Of a DNA stretch of 64,000 nucleotides, positions 1-13,807 are shown one piece after another. The stretch is from Haliotis cracherodii (lineage: Eukaryota): assembly GCF_022045235.1 (NCBI RefSeq), contig NW_027266267.1:17422001-17486000 (forward strand), given 5' to 3'. The notes beneath the pieces were generated by a model. The model saw only the letters and a program-made list of their open reading frames with translations. It was not told the DNA's origin and did no database searches. Made by a program: the position numbers and the translations under genes. The first letter of the stretch is position 1. Each line of letters opens with the position of its first letter.

Positions 1-782
1 TAACCTGTCCAACAGTGTGGAAGAAATAAATTCGAGCAGATGTTGATATGTTTGTAGATGCTGACAAGCATAGATTCTCTGAATTGAAATTATTCCTATA
101 AAAAGTTTAGTTGGCTTTTGATATTTGATCATAGAGAATAATATTTTGTGTGACGACACCTAGACTTGCTAAACAATTATAACTTGCATGGTCTGTTTTG
201 GATGGCTTTGCTTCACAGTTAGTCTAATGCATTAAAACTATATTATTTTGATGGAAACAAGCAATTACATTTAAGTTGAATAGGAGCTCCAGTGAGATGG
301 ACATTTTAACCTGGACCTGTGGAAAATCTAGGCTTGCTTCATTTAGGGCTATAATTTACAGTAAGGGCCAGGGAGGAGTGGAAACTAATATGGTTCGGGG
401 ACTGGGAGACAGTCTACTTCGCGGTCTGTGTGATAGACTAGCAAGCCGATTGATGCTTGTCGTCGTGAGGTTAGGTATAAGCGATCGAGCCATCTGAGAC
501 AACGACTCGACACCTGTTTGTACCCAGCAGATACCCACATTCTCCCTTCTATAGTCAGTTCCCATGCGATACAGCCCTCGGATTTAACCTGAATGAAGCT
601 ATTCATAGCTCGAATAAGAAAATCTAATTGTCGGTCTGATATCTCAATACATCAATGGCAAAGAAAGAATACCATAGATATCGCCGATGCCGCGCTACAC
701 TAGCCCCTATTCATTGTATTCCAAATGACTTGTATGTTCATTACTACAATGAATATATAAATGAACATGCACTTTGTATTAT

Positions 783-925
783 CGCCGCTTTTAGCAAAAT
801 TCCAGGAATACCACGGAGGGGAACATCAGAAACGGGCTTCACATATTGTATCCATGTCGGGAATCGAACCCGGGTCTTCGGCGTGACGAGCGAACGCTTT
901 AACCACTATGCTACGACTGCCCTAC
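783..925 (-). mobile_element. SINE family 1 copy
   Basis: Matches 2022-2190. Confidence 0.75.
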
Positions 926-2021
926 TAAATCATGCGGACTGAATGTATACATGTACATTTAAAAAAGTATCATTTTACTACTATCCAAAGAGAAGATGTA
1001 TATTTGCTATCATTTACTTGCTGGCTCGCGCTTTATTCCGCTGTTTGTTGTGATTCTCGGAGAAACATTCAGGACGAACAGAACAAGAAAACGAAAACCG
1101 CGAGTCAGTGCACCACAGCTCATATAACACAATGATAAGTCCAGTTTGGCCGTTCGGCCAGAGCTACCGCTTGTTATCGAAGCTGACTATTGGTAATATC
1201 ATCTTACATGGACAAAGGATTTCTTAACTTAACAAGATCCTAATTAGTAAGGGTTGCTTTATCCCCCTTATTCGACTGCTTGTAGAAAAGTGATAACGCA
1301 AAGCTTGTTCATATATGTTTTATGCTGAATATTCGAATGTAAGAGTGAGAGATTTGTATTCAAAACATATGCATATGGTCCGTGATTGAAATGGCTCCAT
1401 GGCTCCAGTTTGAACAAGAGGCTGCCTTCAGGAAATGAATCCAATACGTGGAGACGGACATTAAATGCAACTTGTGCACTTGTCAAAAAAGACATAACTC
1501 GTATTCGTTGTCTGTTTGTTTCAGGTTTAACGTCGCACACGGCAATATTCCAATTATATGACGGCGGCCTGTAAATAATCACGTCAAGACCAGACCTCAT
1601 GAACATCGATTTTGGATTATACATGTAATCATCAGTATGGTTTAATGCGCTAATTAATGCCACAGGTACCATACGCCAGGTAAAGTTACATGATGTACAT
1701 TGCTTACTCTAGTAATGTGTCTGGTGAACACTACACTGCAGATAAATGCTGCATGATAATTGTATGTTTAACAGGTGGGGAAGCTGCACTCAAACCATTG
1801 ACTACGCCGTTAACGCATAAACAATGTAATACAATGAATCAGTGGTTAAGCTTCATCGAACTGTCAACAAACCTCGCAGCTTTTGGCAATCTGAAATCAT
1901 GAAAACGTTGATGTATTTCATGTATAACGGTACAGCAATATATCATGATGTTGATCTGAGCCAGCATGTGTCACGTGGTCACTGCTGACATGGAACACCT
2001 GTGTGCCGCTTTTGTCCGATT

Positions 2022-2190
2022 TGAGTGAGTGATTTATTTTAATTTTACGCCGCTTTTAGCAATGTCCCAGCAATATCTCGGCGGGGGACACCAAAAATGG
2101 GCTTCACGCTTTGTACCCATGTCGGGAATCGAACCCGGGTCTTCGGCGTGACGAGCGAAGGCTTTAACCACTAGGCTATCCGACCGCCCC
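2022..2190 (-). mobile_element. tRNA-derived SINE, family 1
   Basis: Reverse complement has A box TAGCCTAGTGG, B box GGTTCGATTCC, a tRNA-Asp-like GTCACG and an (ACTC)n tail. Confidence 0.8.
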
Positions 2191-2365
2191 TGTCCGATTT
2201 GAGGGGCTGCATTGCATACATGTGTACATGCTTGAACAAACTTGTCATTACAAAAGTCCACACATAAAACTTTACGTACGTTTGCTTTTAAGTGCAACCA
2301 CTAATTGATAAGAGAACGTCTCGCGAGAAAATCATCAGCGTTATCATCAAGGGATATAGTGGCCT

Positions 2366-2625
2366 TGGCAGAAACGTACACGTGGTGGGTAAACGCAAAT
2401 ACACCTACATAAGACTAATATACCTGCGTAGTAGACTCATATAACTGCAGAAACTGGCAGAAACGTACACCTGGCAGTTAAAGGCAAATATACCTACATG
2501 AGACTAATATACCTGCGTAGTAGACTCATATAACTGCAGAAACTTGCAGAAACGTACGCCTGGCAGTTAAAGGCAAATATACCTACATGAGACTAATATA
2601 CCTGCGTAGTAGGCTCATATTACTG
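2366..2625. repeat. About 89-bp tandem repeat, 3 copies
   Basis: GCAGAAACGTAC recurs at about 2368, 2457 and 2546. Confidence 0.85.
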
Positions 2626-2879
2626 CATGGGACTAACGCTTCCAAGCAAAATGTGTGTGTGTTAGCAACATTGCAGCTATGTGACGGCAGTCTATTAATT
2701 ATCGAGTCCAGATCAAACAATTCAATGATTGATACTACGATCAACGATCCACACCGTCATGGTACGTTGACGCTCCATATCAATTCGACCCATTCAATTG
2801 CCTCGCACGACAAGCATAGCTTGCTAGGGACCAATACTTACCCGGATTCCACAGGGGTTCCAAAAGTAGTCACCTCTTA

Positions 2880-3426
2880 AAAAGTACTGGGTTGGAAAAT
2901 GAATTGGTCTGTGTTGTCAACACCTTGGTGGTTTGTTATGGGGCCTTTACACAGGATGGCGAGCTTTGTGCCTCCCGTGTGCGACCATAAAATTTGCAAG
3001 GTCGTCGCTGGAGGCTCAAAGGAGGCAGAATGGTTCATTCACCCGTCTTTGAATCTCGTCCAACAGGTGCTCAATGGGATTCAAATCGGAACTGAGGGCA
3101 GGCAACTGCATGGTTCCGATGCCATTCTGCTGGAGGAAGTCTATTGTTGCTCCCGCAGTGTGGGCACGGGCGTTATCATGCTTAAACTTGTGGTTTATGG
3201 GGGTATGAGGTATGGCGTGTGGTCTCAAGACTTGATCAATGTACCGAGCTGCTGTGACACCATTGCCTCTCCCTGGACCGATGTTCTGGAAGACTACAGG
3301 GCCGACCCTCTGTGCAAGACCAATTCCACCCCACACCATGGTTCTCGGACCACCCCACGAGTCTCTCTCATCAACACAAGCATCCGAATAACGTTCCGCA
3401 TGGCGTCGCCAGACTCTCTCTCTCTT

Positions 3427-3469
<43 letters not shown>

Positions 3470-3913
3470 GCCATCTGCTGTTGCGATACAGTAACGGCTG
3501 TCGTCTGAGAAGAGGAATCATCTCCACTGCTGGTGGCGCCAATGCTGGTGCTGTGTTGCCCACTGAAGAAGGTCCCGGCGATGACGTGGTGTCAGAATGG
3601 GTCCTCGCTGTGGCCCGTGACAGTGGAACGTTATCCGATCTGGGTGGATTTTTATAGGGCAAGAAATGGGGGAACGCATGTGCATTTCAATTTGCACGGA
3701 ACTCACGTGCATCGGGTTAAAATGGCCGTTGCCGTGATGCGTTTTGGCGAGCTGTTTTATTGTCATGTGCTTTGTTTTTTTTATCATCAAATTTCATTTT
3801 TCCGGACAAGGTAATGTTAAATTTTAGAAACTGTGACAAAAATTACCCCGATATTTAATGACAACTTTTCATGCAATGTAATTTGGGTTGACGTTTCTTT
3901 TGCGGTTCAGTAT
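2880..3913 (-). mobile_element. Degenerate Tc1-like transposon with an internal (CT)n microsatellite
   Basis: VWRR..ERY, MVWGGI, DNARAHTA and SSDLNPIEH motifs; terminus ...GGTTCAGTATA. Confidence 0.88.
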
Positions 3914-5019
3914 AGTAGCTATATTCAACATGTGTTCAAACATGACGATCAACTTATATCCACTGAAAGACTATAAAACTATAATTGACTGGTATGCCCT
4001 GTATAAAACCGTAAGTATTAAGGCCACTGTGTAACATCAATACACCATCACTTGAATATGAAGCTATATTATCTTGCTTACATGTAACTAAACAAATACG
4101 TAGCGCTATATTCGCTGTGTTCAAACAATGTCCACACAGGGATAGGAAATACGGTTTTCAAGAATGAGGGAACATATAGGGATTTTGACAAGAAATACTA
4201 TATTATTTTGATCAATATAGTGCATGTGTGTTTGCGTACGTTCTTGCGTTCGTGATGTTTAAAATACAAATTGTAAAGAAATATGTTACCTAAACAATAA
4301 ATCTTTCTCTGTATACCTATGCATGGTGGGAAAACGGTTTTGGAGTTAAGGGAATAAAATCTGCAGAGAAAAGAAAATGATCTAACAAAACATATCAAGG
4401 ATTAAACACACTTTGGGATTTATGGGAAGTCGAATGTTATTGCGTGAAGGACGGACGAACAGACGACAGACAATGAGACAAGACGTAAGCCTACTTGGAC
4501 AAAAGAAGATATTGTTGATAAAATGTGCTTATCAAAACACTGGCTCGTGTGATGCTTGACATGAATGTTTCTGCTTCTTTAACTACAGGCGGAATCATCA
4601 GAGGATAGAAACCATTCATCTAACACAAATCAGGCTCGGAACAATAAAAGTTTCAATAATCAACAAGACACAAATCGTACTCGGTAATTAATTGACAAAA
4701 GTGATTGTTTGTCGAACTTTTAGACATTAGAGGTTAATTGTCATACAACACATAAGATGTTACCTGTGTTGATGAAGTTCAGTTCAGAACAGCGGCGCTT
4801 CAGAAGCGAGATATGCGGCACACCAAGGTCTCCGAGCATCTGTGATACAATCGACAGTCCACCGCGCCTTGTCATACAAGCTGTCAATCGTCCAGACCTT
4901 GTTCATCATGGCATCATGTCTTCCTGACCGTAGCTCCTCCCATAAGAAAACGCCCGAGAAACCAATAGATCATAAGCCTGAGCATGAACTGATAACATAC
5001 ACGAAGAACCTTTATCGTC

Positions 5020-7400
5020 AACATTCACCATGTACCGACCATCTCCTCAGAATACAGTCAACACATACCATGCATCGTCCATCTCCTCACAATACAGTCA
5101 ACACATACCATGTACCGTCCATCTTCTCACAATACAGTCAACACATACCATGCATCGTCCATCTCTTCACAATACAGTCAACACATACCATGCATCGTCC
5201 ATTACCTTACAATAAAGTCAACACATACCATGTACCGTCTATCTCCTCACAATACAGTCAACACATACCATGCATCGTCCATCTCCTCACAATACAGTCA
5301 ACACATACCATGCATCGTCCATTACCTTACAATACAGTCAACACATACCATGTACCGTCCATCTCCTCACAATACAGTCAACACATACCATGCATCGTAC
5401 ATCTCCTCACAATACAGTCAACACATACCATGTATCGTCCATCTCCTCACAATACAGCCAACACATACCATGTACCGTCCATCTCCTCACAATACAGTCA
5501 AAACGTACCATGCATCGTCCATCTCTTCACAATACAGTCAACACATACCATGCATCGCCCATCTCCTCACAATACAGTCAACACATACCATGTAACGTCC
5601 ATCTCCTCACAATACAGTCAACATATACCATGTACCGACCATCTCCTCACAATACAGTCAACACATACCATGTATCGTCCATATCTTCACAATACAGTCA
5701 ACACATACCATGTATCGTCCATCTCCTAACAATACAGTCAACACATACCATGTATCGTCCATCTCCTCACAATACAGTCAACACATACCATGTATCGTCC
5801 ATCTCCTCACAATAATGTCAACACATACAATGTACCGTCCATCTCCTCACAATACAGTCAACACATACCATGTATCGTCCATCTCCTCAAAATAATGTCA
5901 ACACATACCATGCATCGTCCATCTCCTCACAATACAGTCAACACATACCATGTTTCGTCCATATCTTCACAATACAGTCAACACATACCATGTATCGTCC
6001 TTCTCCTCACAATACAATCAACACATACCATGTATCGTCCATCTCCTCACAATACAGTCAACACATACCATGCATCGTCCATCTCCTCACAATACAGTCA
6101 ACACATACCATGTATCGTCCATCTCCTCACAATACAGCCAACACATACCATGTACCGTCCATCTCCTCACAATACAGTCAAAACGTACCATGTATCGTCC
6201 ATCTCTTCACAATACAGTCAACACATACCATGCATCGCCCATCTCCTCACAATACAGTCAACACATACCATGTATCGTCCATCTCCTCACAATAATGTCA
6301 ACACATACCATGTATCGTCCATCTCCTCACAATACAATCAACACATACCATGTATCGTCCATATCTTCACAATACAGTCAACACATACCATGTATCGTCC
6401 TTCTCCTCACAATACAATCAACACATACCATGTATCGTCCATCTCCTCACAATACAGTCAACACATACAATGTATCGTCCTTCTCCTCACAATACAGTCA
6501 ACACATACCATGTATCGTCCATCTCGCAATACAGTCAACACATACCATGTGTCGTCCTTCTCCTCACAATACAGTCAACACATACCATGTATTGTCCATC
6601 TCCTCACAATACAGTCAACACATACCATGTGTCGTCCATCTCCTCACAATACAGTCAACACATACTATGTATCGTCCATCCCCTCACAATACAATCAACA
6701 CATACGATGCACCGTACTAACTCTCACAATACAGTCACAATATAGGATGTACCGTCCATCTCCGCACAATAAGTCAACACACATGTATATTATATACCGT
6801 ACGTATTCTAACTCCACTGTCAACATATACGATGTACCGTCGGTCCCCTACATGCATGATCAACATATATGATATACCGCCCATATTTTAGCTATACTGT
6901 CAACATATACGATGTATCGTCAGTCTTCTACACCCACGGTCAACATACATGTATATGATATTCCTTCCATATTCCATCTATACTGTCAACATATACGATG
7001 TACCGTCAGTCTTCTACAAGCAGGGTCAACATATATGATATTCCGTACATATTCTAACTGTACTGTCAATATATACGATGTACAGTCAGTATTCTCAAGC
7101 ACGATCCACATATATTATATAACGTCCTTCTTATAACTATACTGTCAACATATACGATATAACGTCAGTCTTTTACAAATACGGCCAACATATATGATAT
7201 TCCGTTTATATGCTAACTATACCTAACTATATATGTCGACATATACGATCTACCGTCAGTCTTCTACATGCACGGTCAATATTTATGATATTCCGTCTGT
7301 CTTCTACGTGCACGGTAAATATATATGATATTCCGCCTATATGCTTACTACACTGTCGACATATACGATGTATTGTCAGTCTTCTACATGCACGGTCAAC
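5020..7400. repeat. 40-bp minisatellite (AATACAGTCAACACATACCATGTATCGTCCATCTCCTCAC, about 43 copies to about 6780) decaying into a diverged related array
   Basis: Direct 40-nt periodicity; accounts for all the long repetitive ORFs at 4842-7558. Confidence 0.97.
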
Positions 7401-7403
7401 AGA

Positions 7404-7873
7404 CAGTCAAGTCCGTTAATCCGACATGGCTGGTTGCATATGATTATGTCAGATTAACGAGTATGTCGGATCAACGAAATTTAGAAGTATCGACGTTCGT
7501 GATCGAAAATCGGACAACTACACGATGGATAACGATACAAACACTAATTGTTCATTAATTGTTTATTGTTAAGCAAGTTTATCTCAGCAGCCGTTGTAAT
7601 ATGCAGCGACCAGCCGAGTCGTCTCGCATCCAAACACGGTCTGTGTACTCGCGGGCAGATGACCACAAAGGACGCTGATCAATGTGTCGGATCAACAAGA
7701 CTGATTTAATGAGTGATTTCGGTAATTCGTTGCAAATTATGTGTGTCGGAGTCGGAGTGCGAGACTTTCGGGATAACGGGTATAAATAGCACTGATTCAA
7801 TCGGTCGCCATCATTAGTGTCGGAAAGGGCTGATTCTCGGTTTAACGAGTGTCGGAATAACGAAACTTGACTG
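7404..7873. mobile_element. MITE (Tc1/pogo-like non-autonomous element)
   Basis: TIRs CAGTCAAGTCCGTTAATCCGACA / TGTCGGAATAACGAAACTTGACTG followed by TA; subterminal repeated TTAACGAG.TGTCGGA. Confidence 0.75.
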
Positions 7874-7892
7874 TAACTTAATCCGGGAAAAC

Positions 7893-8190
7893 ATATACTG
7901 TGTAAAGTGACTGTAATATATCAAGTCATTGTTGACCTATATACCACCGCCAGCTGCAGTACATTACATGTGTACAGTGACTGTAATAGTCTACCAGGTC
8001 CTTGTTGGCCTGTATACCACTGCCAGCTGTAGTACATTACATGTGTAAAGTGACTGCAATATACCACCAGGTCCTCGTTGGCCTGTATACCACTGCCAGC
8101 TGCAGTACATTACATGTGTACAGTGACTGCAATATACCACCAAGTCCTTGTGTGCCTGTATACCTCTGCCAGCTGCAGTACATGACATGT
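7893..8190. repeat. About 72-bp tandem repeat, about 4 copies
   Basis: GTGACTG.AATATACCACCAGGTCC..GCCAGCTGCAGTACATTACATG units. Confidence 0.88.
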
Positions 8191-8944
8191 GTCCATTTGC
8201 TGATTTCATGACTTTAATAGTTAACGTTACATTTCGAATATATTCTTGTCTATAATATCGAGCCTGATGTAGAGTTTGGCATAGTTTAATTTGCTCGCCA
8301 ATGTGCATCCAAATAACATTCAGGTTCCATTTTTAATTCGTTTGGTTTGGTTTAACGTCACCTTGAACAGTAGTTCAGTTATATTCCGGTGTGGAATGTG
8401 GGAGGAAAGACCTTTCACCTTTGGTGAAACCCAACAGCGCGAGTCTGGAAACATAATGATAGCGAATCTGGATTCGAACCTACGATCATAGTTTTGTTCA
8501 ACGCCTTTCTGTCTGAGTCGGCAATGAACAGAGAAACAAGAATACATAATATACATAAATATCGTGATGAGTGGATGACTGTAATTTCCTGTGACAATGT
8601 TAATGATACGGTAGAGAAATAGTCACCAACTAGATAAGACATTAATGGTTGAGGATATAAGAAGCGTGATTAGTTGGGTATGTTGTAACAGAATGATTGG
8701 CCCCTAAGATCCAAGACATGTTAGATATCAGTATTATTCATTGAAGAAATAACCGGCCCCAGTCCACTGAAAAGGCTTGAACTTCACGTGAAAAGGAATT
8801 TCATGTGTTACTTGTGTTGTCAGGTACTGGGTAATCTGTTCAACCCGGGGTAATCTGTTCTGCCCGGGGTCACCCGGAGAACACATAGAGGTAGTAGTGG
8901 TAGCAGTAGTAGCGATTGAGGGTAGGCTCTGTAGAAAGAGTGCG

Positions 8945-9175
8945 TTTGTTTGGTGGTAAACGCCATACTCAGCAATATTTCAGCTATAGGACTGCGGTCT
9001 GTAAACGATCAAATCTGGACCAGACAATCCAGTGATTGACTTCATGAGCATTGATCCAAGCAAATGGTATACGATTACAAGCATCAACCAGTCAACATGA
9101 CAACCCGATCCCGTTAGTCGCCTTTCACGGCAAGCATCGGTTGTTGAAAACCTATTCTACCCGGGATCTTTACGG
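8945..9175 (-). mobile_element. SINE-like family 2 copy
   Basis: Matches 45275-45546. Confidence 0.7.
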
Positions 9176-9979
9176 ACAGCTACTTGTGCAGATCATTATT
9201 GCATCCAATATCGGTGTGGCATGTACGTCATGCACTCAGGATCACACACACCAGTTGTCCTACCATCACGATAACTAATGATGTTGGACGTGGGCGAGGA
9301 TCGGGATAGGATGCCACCTAATTAGTCATGTTACACAATCACATCAATTAAGGCTTGGGCGGTTGCATTGTTCAGGCCGTAACGAGGGATGCTACCACAA
9401 AGGCAGGATGTGCTCACAGTTTCACGAACACCTGGTGTAATTTATGTAAGTTGATCTTACTCGTGAAATTTGACACAGGGAGACAATTATCTTATCAACA
9501 ACTGACCTGACAAGCCAGTGTTTCATAATGTCAGAGACCATACACCGAAGAGCGGGCCTGGAGGCGAATTGGAGACCGATCACTGCCGCTCGAGACCAAG
9601 CGGCACTTTCATTTGAGATTGTGCGAGATTCGAAGGTTTTTCGTGAATTGACTAATCAGTTGTTTAAGACAAAACATATTCCTTAATTCTTAATTTATCT
9701 ATTTTCCAGTACGAATTATTCAATTAGATATGAAACAAAGTCCTTAGTTACTGGCTTCAATCAGGGTTCAACATGCCTGTCGTTGGAAAGGTGGGATTGA
9801 TCTCCCTTTTCGTACAAAGGCATTACATCAGCTAGTTTCCACTTTGGCTGTAATGTGCTTTGTTCCAGAGATAAAATGAATAACAAGCGAGGAGGATTGG
9901 TAATGGACAGTGATATATATATTCTATTTGTGGTTTAAGTTGTTGGGACCGCTTACTTTGAATGTATATACTAGAAGGG

Positions 9980-10745
9980 TGCGGTGTTGTGTGTGTTGGG
10001 TATTTGGTGTATTGTGGTGTATTGTGGTGTGTATGTGTGGTGTGTGTGTGTGTGTGTGTGTGTGTCTGTCGGGTATGTGTTGTGTGGTGNNNNNNNNNNN
10101 NNNNNNNNNNNNNNNNNNNNNNNNNNNNNNNNNNNNNNNNNNNNNNNNNNNNNNNNNNNNNNNNNNNNNNNNNNNNNNNNNNNNNNNNNNNNNNNNNNNN
10201 NNNNNNNNNNNNNNNNNNNNNNNNNNNNNNNNNNNNNNNGTTGTGTGGTGTATTGTGGTGTGTATGTGTGGTGTGGTGTTTCTGGTGTGGTATGTGTGTA
10301 TGTGGTGGTGGTGTGTGTGTGTGTGTGTGTGTGTTTGTGTTGTGTGGTGTGTGTGTGTGTGTTAGATATGTGTTGTGTGGTGTATTGTAGTGTGTATGTG
10401 TGGTGTGGTGTGGTGTGGTGTATGTGTGTTTGTGTGTTGTGTTGTGTATGTGGTGTGCTGTGTATTGTGGTGTGTTTGTGTGTTTGTGTTCGTGTGGTGT
10501 GTATGTGCAGNNNNNNNNNNNNNNNNNNNNNNNNNNNNNNNNNNNNNNNNNNNNNNNNNNNNNNNNNNNNNNNNNNNNNNNNNNNNNNNNNNNNNNNNNN
10601 NNNNNNNNNNNNNNNNNNNNNNNNNNNNNNNNNNNNNNNNNNNNTGTATTGTGGTGTGTATGTGTGATGTGGTGTGTGTGTGCGTTGGGTATGTGTTGTG
10701 TGGTATGTATGCGTATTGTGGTGTGTATGTGTGTGTGGTGTATGT
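9980..10745. repeat. GT-rich low-complexity/microsatellite tract containing two gaps
   Basis: (GT)n and (GTGTG)n mosaic. Confidence 0.95.
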
Positions 10746-11299
10746 ACGTAGATAATATTATATACATAGATGCTATATTTTACACCGAGGCACGAATACG
10801 CTTCCATACTACAGCCCTGTATCAGTAGGCAAAAAATGATACCAAATAGTAGTATAGCTTTTTATCGATAGGGGCAAGGGTGCAATTATTTTCAGAAGTT
10901 CTCACTGAGCATTAAAATTTCTTCTTCATGCTAATTGTCTACGTCATTCCATTGTCACATTGTTTTCATTGTTTGCGAAGCGTACCACAGCAACGCCACG
11001 TCATATTAAGTCATCGCTTGCTTAAAATGAATAATGACGCATTGCTTGTTTATGACGTCAGTCTGTGTGTGACGTAGTCAATCCGTTATTGGAACTGACA
11101 TGATGTCTCCACTAGTGACAAGGCTCAGGACAAATTAATTCCCTCAGGACAGATAATCCGTCACTCCGAGCTGTCAGTAGGTTATTAAATCCTGCTCCAA
11201 TAGTATAGTAAATGTTTCGGTGTTGATAATAGAATGTATACATGCATGTTTAACCATCGTCCATCTGCGTTCATATAAAACGACTGTATCTCTCTCCTT

Positions 11300-11580
11300 C
11301 CAGCAGGCATTTCCTCCGAATACCAATGGACTAGTGTGGAGCAAGCTTCTTTCCTCCATGATGTATACGAACTCTCAAGATCTGGAGTGTCCCAACAGCC
11401 AGGCTGCTCCCATATCTGTGCTTGTAACACTGAAGACTACAACATGACAATCTGTATAATCCTAGTTACAAAGGATGCTGACTACATAGATATCCGTTGA
11501 TACAGTTAACTAAGTCATTCTTCAATTCAAACCCCTTATCATTGATCAGTTATAATTATCTTCCAAAGTCAGCTGTAGTT
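11300..11580 (+). mobile_element. Possible degraded DIRS-type retroelement fragment
   Basis: Frameshifted SGV-PNSQAAPISV..LK.TT* resembles, from memory, the region N-terminal to DIRS reverse transcriptase. Confidence 0.25.
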
Positions 11581-13662
11581 CTTACGTCTGTGTTCTGTCA
11601 CCACCTACTCGAACACCGCCATATGAAATGCATGTTGGTCTCTATCAGGAGGATGGATATATACAGGTGTAGTCGAGCCATGCTGCCCTGGATATATACA
11701 TCTGAATACAAATAAGCAGAGATCAAATGTTAATGTGTTGACACTCGGGTAATTCATAGGTTTATTGTTTATAGTTGAGGATACACATAGGTTTCCGCCA
11801 TGCTTCAAATTCTGTCTGCATTTGTCATATTATTTTTGAAACGTTCCCCGGCCTGTCATGAGGATGGATATATACATATGTGGTTGAGCCATGCTGCTCT
11901 GGATGTATTCATTTGATACCTTGTAAACAAGCATAGAGATTCTTCACAGTATGAGTACAAACAGGGATATCAAACCACATAAGTAAATTGTACAAACGAG
12001 TCCAAAGGTCAATCATAAAGTTGATCTGGGTCACATTTTACCCTTGTCATTCCAAATTCAAGTGACATAAATGAGGATAATTATTTCATATCTATAGCCA
12101 GACATTCAATAACTATAAACGTTTTACCTTGAGGTGACGGCCCGGCAAGTGTTTGCAGGGTAGGATCGATTGTTATGTCACAATGTCTGATTACCTCATG
12201 CTTGATATACTGCTGAATGTAGTCAAAATCCACAAACCCACGATAAGCATGCATACATTTCTACATATGTTTCATGCTCCTTTCATTGTCACATAATAAC
12301 ATCTTGTAAGAACACGCGGCTGTTTAAATGTGTGATGTGTTGATTTCCATCATGACACTTGCAAATGTGTTTTTAATGAAGTTTTACAATTAGCTATGTT
12401 GTCAAGTTGTTACCTGGTGGCGCCGCAATTTGCTGCCACGTCCCTTTGTCGTACCAGGATTCCTGATCGTGGGTTTGAATCCCAAATCCCAATTTGTAAA
12501 CACCACGCTCTTTCTGACTGGCTTTACCAGTGCTAAACGTTTCCGACCTGCATCATTTCAAGCTTTCCTCCCAAATCGAGCGGACACGCCGTGATATGAC
12601 TGGAACACAGCTCAACACTGCATTCACCTCCGAAATAGGGTCCCTGACTTCAGTGGAGACTGGTTTTCTAGTTTGTTGTTTAACGCCACATTCAGCAATA
12701 TTCCAGCTATATGATGGCGGTCTGTAATAATCCAGTTTGGACCAGACAATCCAGTGGTTGACATCATGAGCATGAATCCATGCAATTGGGATACGATAAC
12801 ATTTATCAACCATCTTGTAAGAACCACGCCCTTTCTGACCGGTTTCACCAGTATTAGACGTGTAGGACCTGCATCATTTCAGACTTTCCTCTCACATCAA
12901 GATGGCACGCCGTGATATGACTGAAATACTATTCAACACTGCATTAACTTCCGAAATAGAATGGAAAGTGTTTTTCTTGTTTGTTTGTTGTTTAACACCA
13001 CACTCAGCAATAGTCCAGCTGTATGGTGGCGGTCTGTAAACAATCCAGTCGATGAAATCATGAGCATCACTCCACGCAATATGGATACGATGACGTGTAT
13101 CAACCACACAATCAATATAGATGCCAAATTCCTTTCTTCCGAATTGGAACTAATAACATTATAGACAGAACGATGGACGACAACAGAAACACGAATATTG
13201 AAATGTGTTACATGATGTGTGACAGTTAACGCCAATGGAGGACACAATCGATGTTGAATGTCGTCTGACTTATTCGTGACAAACCTGTGCCATTCCAGCA
13301 CAAGCCAAATGGAGTCTGGTGACCTTCGGAGGGATGGAGTGGCATGAACACCAGATGCTGCTTCAAACAAAAATGATAAAAATTACAAGACGGTGATAGA
13401 ATAGGAGTTGAGTGACTATTGTAAAAAGAAAAACATGTATTTTGGTAAAGAGCACATTTATCAATTAACACACTTGTTCTAATGTGCTTTAAAATTTAGA
13501 TTGTAAAATTGGATGCGGAAGAGAATGGCAATAAGAAGGTGTTTTGGGGTTTTAGAATAATTTCCACAATGCAATATTCAAACACCGTGGGGATTCCGAG
13601 TTAGACTTGAGCTCCTGTAACCTATGCTGGTTGTGAGAGGTGATGAAGGAGCGGTTGTTTAT

Positions 13663-13807
13663 GCACGGTGACTTGGTTGATTGCGTGTCAGGCACGGTGA
13701 CTTGGTTGATTGCGCGTCAGGCACGGTGACTTGGTTGATTGCGTGTCAGGCACGGTGACATGGTTCATTGCGTGTCAGGCACGATGACTTGGTTGATTGC
13801 GTGTCAG
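13663..13807. repeat. 29-bp tandem repeat x5, amplified from a family-2 repeat segment
   Basis: GCACGGTGACTTGGTTGATTGCGTGTCAG units. Confidence 0.88.

Noticed and set aside
2115-2190. tRNA-Asp-like gene
   Set aside because: It is the head of a multi-copy SINE with a non-tRNA body and tail, and the copies are diverged.
5020-6780. CRISPR-like regular array
   Set aside because: Contiguous tandem units with no unique spacers, no cas genes, and a eukaryotic context.
4842-7558. Long His/Ser/Thr-rich ORFs up to 360 aa
   Set aside because: Translations of the 40-bp minisatellite in several frames; no gene structure.
9832-10828. Cys/Val-rich and His/Thr-rich ORFs
   Set aside because: GT microsatellite plus N gaps.
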